DNA of 64,000 nucleotides from an uncultured Solirubrobacterales bacterium. GTDB taxonomy: Bacteria > Actinomycetota > Thermoleophilia > Solirubrobacterales > JBBDJG01. Both the position numbers and the translations under genes were made by a program. The notes under the pieces were generated by a model. The model saw only the letters and a list, made by a program, of their open reading frames with translations, was not told where the DNA came from and ran no database searches. How positions within the stretch are numbered: the first letter of the stretch is position 1; each line of letters begins with the position of its first letter. Location: assembly GCA_963816975.1 (NCBI GenBank), contig CAWFMD010000005.1, forward strand, positions 144,518 to 208,517. Direction: 5' to 3'. Below are positions 57,400 through 64,000 of the stretch, one piece after another.

Positions 57400-59970
57400 G
57401 TGGCGTCGAAGAGATGGACGCCGGCCCTCAGCCAGGGTCGCCGGTCAGCCATGGCACAAACCTCCAGTCGCCGCAAGAAGAAAGCCCCCGTGCGCGCTTC
57501 CGCGCGGCCTGCGCGACCGCCGAGCCGCGCCAGGGCCGCCCAGCGCCCGCCGCGCGCCCGCCGCCGCCGCGGCCTCCTCGCACGGCGGCCCCGGCCCAGG
57601 CTGCCTCGGATGTCCGAGCTGGAGCAGCCGGCGCTCGACGCGATCGGGCTCGGCCTGGTGGCGGCCGGACTGCTGCTCGGCTTCGTCTTGTGGACAGGCT
57701 CGGAGGGCGGCGCCGTCGGGGAGGCGTTGGTCGATGGCCTGCGGTTCGCGGTCGGCGGCGTCGCATATCTCGCACCCCTGTTCGTGATCGGCACCGGGAT
57801 CGCGTTCGCCGCGCGCCCGCATCTCGACTCGCCCGCGCGCATGCGCACCGGCGCGATCGTCCTGATCGGTGCGCTGAGCCTCGGCCTCGCCGCCGGGTCC
57901 GTCGGGCTCGGCCCCGCCGCCGGGCCGTCCCGCGACCTGTTCGACACGGACCAGATGATGGATCGCGGCGGGATCGCGGGCGAGACGCTCTACTGGGCGA
58001 CCTCGACCCTGTTCTCCAGCGCCGGCGCTCATCTCGCGTTCGTGTGCATGTTCCTGGCCGGGTTGCTGCTGCTGACCGGAGCGTCGATCTCCCAGCTGAT
58101 CGGTGGTCTGCGCAGCGGGGCGCGCGGCCTGCGGGCGCGGGCCGGCGCCGAGTTCGAGCGCGCGCGCGCCGACGCCCGCAAGCGGACCACCACCGCGGAA
58201 CCGCTCGGCGAGCCCCGGATCGAGGCTCGCGAACCCGACCCGGAGGAGCAGCCCACCGGCGAGGTCGCGATCGTGCCCGCCGACGACGAGGCACTCGCGG
58301 CCGAGGAGGAGGACCCGCTCACGCGCGTCGAGCGCGAGATCCATGCAAAGGAGCCGGTGTTACCCCGCGCGCACCAGTCCGAGGACACGAGCGATCCGGA
58401 GCGTTTCACGCCGCAGGGCCTGCGGCGATCCGCCGTCACCGAGTCCGAGGGCTTGACCTATGCGCTGCCCGAGCCGAAGCTCCTGCGCAACTCCGGGAAG
58501 GCGCAGGGCCCTGACACCTCGAACCAGGACGAGATCTCCCGCACGCTGGTGGAGACGCTGGGCCATTTCGGCATCGACGCCAAGCTCGTCGGGCGCGTCA
58601 CCGGTCCGCGCGTGACCCGGCACGAGTTGCGGCTCGCCCCCGGCACCAAGGTCTCGAAGGTCACGCAGCTGAAAGACGACATCGCTTACGCGCTCGCCTC
58701 GACCGACATCCGGATCCTGGCGCCGATCCCGGGGAAGCAGGCGGTCGGCGTCGAGGTGCCCAACAAGCGTCACCGCATGGTCTACCTGGGCGACATCTTC
58801 CGGCGTGAGCTGGCCGAGAAGGACGGGAAGTCGGCGGGCAGCTCGCCGCTGTCGGTCTGGCTCGGCAAGGACATCGCCGGTAACGCGGTCTGGACCGACC
58901 TGGCGCGCATGCCGCACCTGCTCGTGGCCGGCACCACCGGCTCCGGGAAGTCGGGCTGCATCAACACCATGCTGTCGTCGATCCTGATGCGCGCCACTCC
59001 GAACGAGGTGCGGATGGTGCTGGTCGACCCCAAGCGCGTGGAGCTCAACTACTACGAGGACATCCCGCACCTGCTCACGCCCGTGGTGCACGTCCCGCGG
59101 ATGGCGGCGAACGTGCTGGCCAACCTGATCCGCGAGATGGAGTCCCGCTACGAGGTGATGGGCCAGGCGCGCACGCGCAACATCGTCGAGCTGAACCGTG
59201 CGCGGGCCGCGGCGGGGGACCCGCCGCTGCCGTACATCCTGTGCGTGATCGACGAGCTTGCCGACCTGATGATGGTCGCCCCGGCCGAGGTCGAGGACTC
59301 GATCATCCGGCTGGCGCAGAAGTCGCGCGCCGTCGGGATCCATCTGGTGCTCGCGACGCAGCGGCCGTCCGTGGACATCATCACGGGGACCATCAAGGTG
59401 AACGTCCCTGCCCGGATCGCGTTCGCCGTCTCCTCCCAGCACGACTCGCGGGTGATCCTGGACGGCGGCGGCGCCGAGTCGCTGCTGGGCCAGGGCGACA
59501 TGCTGTTCCGCCCGATCGGGTCCTCCAAGCTGCAGCGCATCCAGGGCGCCTACATCACCGAGGAGGAGGTGGCCCGCGTCACGGACGCATGGCGCGACCA
59601 GGCCGAGCCTTCCTACGAGGAGGAGTTGCTCGAGGGCCGCGACGTGCCCGACGAGGCGGTGGAGGGCGAGTTCTCGCCCGACCAGGACGACCTGCTGGAG
59701 GAGGCGATCCGCCTCGTCGCCCAGACCCAGACCGCGTCGGTGTCCATGGTGCAGCGCCGCCTGCGCGTGGGCTACACGCGCGCCGGCCGGCTGATCGACA
59801 TGCTCGAGCGGCGCGGAGTGATCTCGGGCTACGAGGGCTCCAAGCCGCGCCAGGTGCTGATCACGGAGGCTGACGTGTCACGCGTACTGGACGAGGGCGG
59901 CGGCGGCCGGGCCGGCGTCACGGTCGCCGGCGTGGCCGACGACCAGCCGGCCCCCGGCGACCCGCTGTAG
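57400..59970 (+). CDS. ftsK: DNA translocase FtsK
   Basis: N-terminal TM helices, a linker, a motor domain (LVAGTTGSGKSGCIN, VIDELADLMM, RAVGIHLVLATQRPS) and a gamma winged helix (SVSMVQRRLRVGYTRAGRLID). The start may instead be ATG 57451. Confidence 0.95.
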   Translation: MASKRWTPALSQGRRSAMAQTSSRRKKKAPVRASARPARPPSRARAAQRPPRARRRRGLLARRPRPRLPRMSELEQPALDAIGLGLVAAGLLLGFVLWTGSEGGAVGEALVDGLRFAVGGVAYLAPLFVIGTGIAFAARPHLDSPARMRTGAIVLIGALSLGLAAGSVGLGPAAGPSRDLFDTDQMMDRGGIAGETLYWATSTLFSSAGAHLAFVCMFLAGLLLLTGASISQLIGGLRSGARGLRARAGAEFERARADARKRTTTAEPLGEPRIEAREPDPEEQPTGEVAIVPADDEALAAEEEDPLTRVEREIHAKEPVLPRAHQSEDTSDPERFTPQGLRRSAVTESEGLTYALPEPKLLRNSGKAQGPDTSNQDEISRTLVETLGHFGIDAKLVGRVTGPRVTRHELRLAPGTKVSKVTQLKDDIAYALASTDIRILAPIPGKQAVGVEVPNKRHRMVYLGDIFRRELAEKDGKSAGSSPLSVWLGKDIAGNAVWTDLARMPHLLVAGTTGSGKSGCINTMLSSILMRATPNEVRMVLVDPKRVELNYYEDIPHLLTPVVHVPRMAANVLANLIREMESRYEVMGQARTRNIVELNRARAAAGDPPLPYILCVIDELADLMMVAPAEVEDSIIRLAQKSRAVGIHLVLATQRPSVDIITGTIKVNVPARIAFAVSSQHDSRVILDGGGAESLLGQGDMLFRPIGSSKLQRIQGAYITEEEVARVTDAWRDQAEPSYEEELLEGRDVPDEAVEGEFSPDQDDLLEEAIRLVAQTQTASVSMVQRRLRVGYTRAGRLIDMLERRGVISGYEGSKPRQVLITEADVSRVLDEGGGGRAGVTVAGVADDQPAPGDPL

Positions 59971-60072
59971 GCGGCGGACCCGAACGCACGTCGTTGTTCC
60001 CGGACATACCGGGATTTCGGGGCGCGCTACCGTGTGCTCGTGGAGCCCTCCCTCCGGCCACGAGACGTCTGA

Positions 60073-60855
60073 ATGGCGGACATCGGCTCGCTGCTGCGCG
60101 AAACGCGCATCCGCAACAAGATCGACATCACGACCGTCGAAGAGTCGACCAAGATCCGCGCCAAGTACCTGCGGGCGCTGGAGAACGAGGAGTGGGTCGT
60201 GCTCCCCGGCCCGACCTACGTGAAGACCTTCCTGCGCACCTACGCGCAGTTCCTGGGGCTCGACCCCCACCTGCTGGTGGACGAGTACAGCGCCCGGTTC
60301 GAGGAGCCGGAGCACCTCGAGGTCGCCGCCTTCACCCGGCGCCGTCGCATTCCGGAGCAGGCGCGCCGGGTGGGCCCGCCCAGACGCGGGATCGCGGCCG
60401 CCGTGGTGGTCGTGGCCTTCATCGCCTTCCTGTTCGTGCTGGGCATCACCGGCGAGGAGGACCAGAAAGGCGGCTCCGGGGCCGCCGCGCCGGCCACGCA
60501 GACGCCGTCGCAGCCCGAGCGTCCGGCCAGTGGGCCCGCCGCCACGGGGCCGCGGGAAGCGCAGAGACGGCCGCGCAGCGTGCGCCTCGAGATCATCCCG
60601 GCCCGTAATGTCTGGGTATGCGTCGTGGATGCGCGGGGCAAGCAGCAGGTGGCAGGCGTGATCGTGGCCGCGGGCGACCGCCAGGGCCCGTTCCGGTCGC
60701 GGTCGTTTCGCGTGACCGTCGGCAACGGCGGCGGCGACCTGCGGATCAACGGGCGCCGGCGCGACACGCCCGAGCGCTCCGAGCCGATCGGATACCTCGT
60801 CCGAAACGCGGGGACCACGTTGCTGTCCGCGGCCCGGCGGCCGACATGCGGGTGA
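60073..60855 (+). CDS. RodZ-like helix-turn-helix protein with TM segment and DUF4115-like C-terminus
   Basis: The N-terminal HTH ([35 protein letters not shown]), a central TM segment ([17 protein letters not shown]) and a C-terminal beta-rich domain. Confidence 0.8.
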   Translation: MADIGSLLRETRIRNKIDITTVEESTKIRAKYLRALENEEWVVLPGPTYVKTFLRTYAQFLGLDPHLLVDEYSARFEEPEHLEVAAFTRRRRIPEQARRVGPPRRGIAAAVVVVAFIAFLFVLGITGEEDQKGGSGAAAPATQTPSQPERPASGPAATGPREAQRRPRSVRLEIIPARNVWVCVVDARGKQQVAGVIVAAGDRQGPFRSRSFRVTVGNGGGDLRINGRRRDTPERSEPIGYLVRNAGTTLLSAARRPTCG

Positions 60856-60859
60856 TCTG

Positions 60860-62143
60860 CTGAGCGTCCGCGCCGGACTCGTGGTGACGGGCACGGAGGT
60901 CCTCGCGGGCCGCGTGCGGGATCGCAACGGCCCGTGGCTCGCCGATCGGCTGGCCGAGCTGGGCGTGGAGCTGGCGCATGTCCTGATCACGGGCGACCGG
61001 CGCGAGGACCTGCGCGCGGCGCTCGAGTTCATGCGCACCGAGGGTGCGGACCTGACCATCACAAGCGGTGGTCTCGGACCGACCGCCGACGACATGACGG
61101 CGGAGATCGTGGCCGACTTCGCGGGCCGGCCCCTGCGGCTCGACGAGGACCTCGAGCGCCGCATCGGGGAGATCATCGCGCGATTCGCGCGGCGCTGGAA
61201 TCTCGACCCCGAGGCGCTCGCGCTCGCCAACCGCAAGCAGGCGATGGTGCCCGAGGGCGCCGTCGCGCTGGACCCCGTCGGCACTGCGCCGGGACTGGTG
61301 GTGCCCGCCGACGGCCAGGTGGTCGTGGTGCTGCCCGGCCCGCCGCGCGAGCTGCAGGAGAGCTGGCGCCAGGCGGTGGAGACCGAGCCGTTCCTGCTGG
61401 CGGTGGCGGGCGCACCCCGTTACCGGCAGACCATGGTGCGCATGTTCGGCGTGCCCGAGTCGGAGATCGCCGAGACGCTGCGGGTCGCGGACGCCGAGAT
61501 GGGCCTCGACGGTCTCGAGATCACCACTTGCCTGCGCCGCGCAGAGCTGGAAATAGTGATCCGCTCCGACGAGGCCAGTGACGCGTCGGCCCAGCGGCTG
61601 GTCGAGATCATGGTCTCGCGCCACGGCGACTTCGTGTTCTCGACCGACGGCAGCTCGATCGACGAGCAGGTCGCGGGCCTCTTGGCCGGCAGGCGGATCG
61701 CGGTGGGGGAGTCGTGCACCGGTGGCCTGCTGTCCGCGCGCCTCACGGACCGGCCGGGCGCCTCGGGGTACTTCGCCGGCGGCGTGGTCGCCTACTCGAA
61801 CGCCGCAAAGGTGAGCCTGCTGGGCGTGCCGGCCGAGCTGATCGAGCGGCATGGAGCCGTGTCGGACGAGGTCGCGGAGGCGCTCGCCGACGGTGCGCTG
61901 GAGCGCTTCGACGCGGACACCGCGATCGGCCTGACCGGCATCGCGGGACCGGATGGCGGCACCCCGGACAAGCCGGTCGGCCGCGTGTCGTTCTGCGTGG
62001 CTGCGGTCTTCGACGGCGACCGGGAGCGCATCACGCGCTCGCTCGACCTGCCCGGCTCGCGCGGCGACATCCGCGATCGCGCGACGGCCGTCGCCCTGCA
62101 CCTGCTGCGCCGCCTGCTGCGCCGCGAGTCGGCTCCGCTGTAG
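60860..62143 (+). CDS. cinA: competence/damage-inducible protein CinA (MoCF-binding domain + PncC-type NMN amidohydrolase), probable CTG start
   Basis: [20 protein letters not shown]..., [11 protein letters not shown] and the C-terminal [11 protein letters not shown]. The conserved N-terminal strand begins upstream of the track's GTG 60881. In-frame CTG 60860 is preceded by GGGTGA. Confidence 0.88.
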   Translation: MSVRAGLVVTGTEVLAGRVRDRNGPWLADRLAELGVELAHVLITGDRREDLRAALEFMRTEGADLTITSGGLGPTADDMTAEIVADFAGRPLRLDEDLERRIGEIIARFARRWNLDPEALALANRKQAMVPEGAVALDPVGTAPGLVVPADGQVVVVLPGPPRELQESWRQAVETEPFLLAVAGAPRYRQTMVRMFGVPESEIAETLRVADAEMGLDGLEITTCLRRAELEIVIRSDEASDASAQRLVEIMVSRHGDFVFSTDGSSIDEQVAGLLAGRRIAVGESCTGGLLSARLTDRPGASGYFAGGVVAYSNAAKVSLLGVPAELIERHGAVSDEVAEALADGALERFDADTAIGLTGIAGPDGGTPDKPVGRVSFCVAAVFDGDRERITRSLDLPGSRGDIRDRATAVALHLLRRLLRRESAPL

Positions 62144-62148
62144 GCCCG

Positions 62149-62721
62149 ATGCCGCAGGAGCGCCCCGGCAGCCCGCGCGCGCGCCTGTTCGTGGCGCTCG
62201 ACCTCCCGGAGGCGATCGTGGCGGCGCTCGCGGAGTGGGCCCGCGGGGCGTTCGCGGGAGCGCCCGGCCTGCGCGTCGTGCGCCCGGAGTCGCTGCACGT
62301 GACGCTCGTGTTCCTCGGGTACCAGTACGAGCGCGACGTCGAGCGGATCGCCGCGCTGACGTTCGCCGAACCGCTGGCCCGGGTGGAGCTGCAAGTCGCC
62401 GACGTGCGACCCGTGCCGCGCGGGCGGCCGCGGCTCTTCGCGCTGGGCCTGGCCGATCGGGAGGGTGCGCTCACCAGGTGGCGGCAGGACCTGGCCGACC
62501 GCCTCCAGGCCGCCCGCCTCTACGAGCCCGAGCAGCGCCCGTTCTGGCCGCACGTGACGCTGGCGCGCGCGCAGCGCGGGAAGACGCCCACAGGGGTCGC
62601 CCTTCCCGCGCTCCCCGCCGCGCTGTCGAGTCCCTTCGCGACGGACCGGCTGACCCTCTACCGCTCGACTCTGCGGCCGCAGGGCGCGGTTTACGATGCG
62701 CTCGCCGCACGCGGAGGATGA
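62149..62721 (+). CDS. thpR: RNA 2',3'-cyclic phosphodiesterase (2H family, ThpR/LigT)
   Basis: Two HxT(L) motifs: LHVTLVFLG and PHVTLARA. Confidence 0.85.
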   Translation: MPQERPGSPRARLFVALDLPEAIVAALAEWARGAFAGAPGLRVVRPESLHVTLVFLGYQYERDVERIAALTFAEPLARVELQVADVRPVPRGRPRLFALGLADREGALTRWRQDLADRLQAARLYEPEQRPFWPHVTLARAQRGKTPTGVALPALPAALSSPFATDRLTLYRSTLRPQGAVYDALAARGG

Positions 62722-62866
62722 CGCACATCTGGCGCACCCTTGCGCGTCCTGCGCGTTGTCCCGGCACGTGCGCCTTCCTAGCCTGTCGTTCCGTCCGAGG
62801 TGGCCCCTAACTTGCCTCGGTCAAGCACAGATCGACCGAGTGATTGAGCGGTTTGGGAGGCAACGA

Positions 62867-64000
62867 ATGGAAGCTGCGAAGAAGAACGAGGCCAAGGCCG
62901 CCAAGCCGGGCGACGCGAAGGCGAACGGCAAGGCCGAAACGCAGGGCAAGACGGGCGCCGATCCGGCCAAGGGCGCCGCATTGAAGGCCGCGCTTACGCA
63001 GATCGAGCGCGAGTACGGGCAGGGCTCCGTGATGCGGCTCGGGGACCGCCCCGCCGTGCGGGTGCCGACGATCCCGACCGGCGCGCTGTCGATCGATCTG
63101 GCGCTCGGCGTGGGCGGTGTCCCGCGTGGGCGGATCGTCGAGATCTTCGGCCCCGAGTCCTCGGGCAAGACGACGCTGGTCTACGAGATCATCGCCCAGG
63201 CGCAGAAGATGGGCGGCATCTGCGCGTTCATCGACACCGAGCACGCGATCGATCCTGTGTATGCGCGCACGATCGGCGTGGACATCGACGAGCTGCTCGT
63301 GTCGCAGCCCGACCACGGCGAGCAGGCGCTCGAGATCGCCGACGTCCTGACGCGCTCCGGCGCGATCGACGTGGTCGCGATCGACTCGGTCGCGGCGCTC
63401 ACGCCGCGCGCCGAGCTGGAGGGGCAGATGGGCGACCAGCAGGTCGGCGCGCAGGCGCGCCTGATGTCGCAGGCGCTGCGCAAGCTGACCGGGAACCTGA
63501 GCCGCGCCAACACGATCTGCATCTTCACGAACCAGATCCGCGAGAAGGTCGGGGTGATGTTCGGATCCCCCGAGACCCAGCCGGGCGGGCGGGCGCTGAA
63601 GTTCTATGCCTCCCAGCGGATCGACATCCGCCGGATCGAGACCCTCAAGGAGGGGACCGAGGCCGTCGGTAACCGCGTGCGCGCCAAGATCGTCAAGAAC
63701 AAGGTCGCGCCGCCGTTCCGCCAGGCGGAGTTCGACATCGAGTACGGGCAAGGCATCTCCTCCGAAGGATGCGTGCTCGACCTCGGCATCGAGCACGAGA
63801 TCGTGCAGAAGTCCGGCGCCTTCTTCAGCTATGACGGCGAGCGTCTGGGGCAGGGACGCAACAACGCGAAGGCCTTCCTGCGCGAGCACCCTGCGACGGT
63901 CGCCGAGATCGAGAGCAAGATCTACGGTGCGCTCGGCATCGAGCGACCCGGCACGCCGATCGCGGAGGTTGCTCCGCCTCCTGACTCCGGTCAGAACGGC
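62867..64000 (+). CDS. recA: recombinase RecA (3' end outside window)
   Basis: Not in the ORF track because it is open at the window end. My own translation gives ...[18 protein letters not shown]...[13 protein letters not shown]...[39 protein letters not shown] sits 6 nt before ATG 62867. A Lys/Ala-rich N-terminal extension of about 40 aa precedes the conserved start. Confidence 0.97.
   Translation, partial: MEAAKKNEAKAAKPGDAKANGKAETQGKTGADPAKGAALKAALTQIEREYGQGSVMRLGDRPAVRVPTIPTGALSIDLALGVGGVPRGRIVEIFGPESSGKTTLVYEIIAQAQKMGGICAFIDTEHAIDPVYARTIGVDIDELLVSQPDHGEQALEIADVLTRSGAIDVVAIDSVAALTPRAELEGQMGDQQVGAQARLMSQALRKLTGNLSRANTICIFTNQIREKVGVMFGSPETQPGGRALKFYASQRIDIRRIETLKEGTEAVGNRVRAKIVKNKVAPPFRQAEFDIEYGQGISSEGCVLDLGIEHEIVQKSGAFFSYDGERLGQGRNNAKAFLREHPATVAEIESKIYGALGIERPGTPIAEVAPPPDSGQNG

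Noticed and set aside
59985-60012. The hairpin CCCGG-acata-CCGGG after ftsK as a terminator
   Set aside because: The stem is only 5 bp and the T-tract is weak (attt), which is too marginal to call.
62755-62790. A TTGTC…TAGCCT stretch resembling the actinobacterial LexA-independent recA promoter motif (TGTC-type -35 followed by TANNNT)
   Set aside because: The spacing between the TGTC element and the TANNNT hexamer is about 5 nt too long, and the -35-like half matches poorly.

Overview
This is a very GC-rich chromosomal core segment (judged by eye, GC not computed). It looks like a high-GC Gram-positive, Actinomycetota-like genome: mihF, pyrR, ku, the DUF503-rbfA-nrnA-truB gene order, and frequent leaderless-type promoters. 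That taxonomic call is inference only. I can support about 60 protein genes, and almost all are housekeeping. In order they are: recJ-rel; a lipid kinase, an MBL hydrolase, phosphomannomutase and a HIT protein; a SAM-I riboswitch controlling a ThrC-like enzyme plus a GG-terminated sulfur-carrier protein; corA; a TlpA-like redoxin; ku; a molybdopterin oxidoreductase; tRNA-Arg(CCG); rnz; a complete pyrR-pyrB-pyrC-(isochorismatase-like)-carA-carB-pyrK-pyrD operon; mihF-gmk-rpoZ-coaBC; dtd; rimP-nusA-infB-DUF503-rbfA-nrnA-truB; ribF-rpsO-pnp with an M16 peptidase; dapB; two tandem amidases; dapA-rnj; an HD-GYP protein; and ftsK, a RodZ-like protein, cinA-thpR-recA. I found no transposase, integrase, prophage, CRISPR array, or recognisable defence or toxin-antitoxin module. 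I therefore cannot honestly name a convincing new multi-gene system in this window. The observations most worth a second look are: (1) the SAM-riboswitch / ThrC-like / MoaD-like trio, a probable thiocarboxylate-dependent homocysteine route with no activating E1 nearby; (2) three conserved genes (dtd, rnj, cinA) whose conserved N-termini can only be reached from in-frame CTG codons; (3) a run of frame disruptions in the dapB C-terminus, both amidases, the HD-GYP gene and possibly the recJ tail, while the interleaved dapA and rnj are intact; (4) a -10 element plus an intrinsic terminator forming a leader just upstream of rimP-nusA-infB; (5) several uncharacterised small or secreted ORFs sitting inside otherwise conserved gene strings. 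The many long minus-strand or Arg/Ala/Pro-rich ORFs in the track are GC-driven shadow ORFs.
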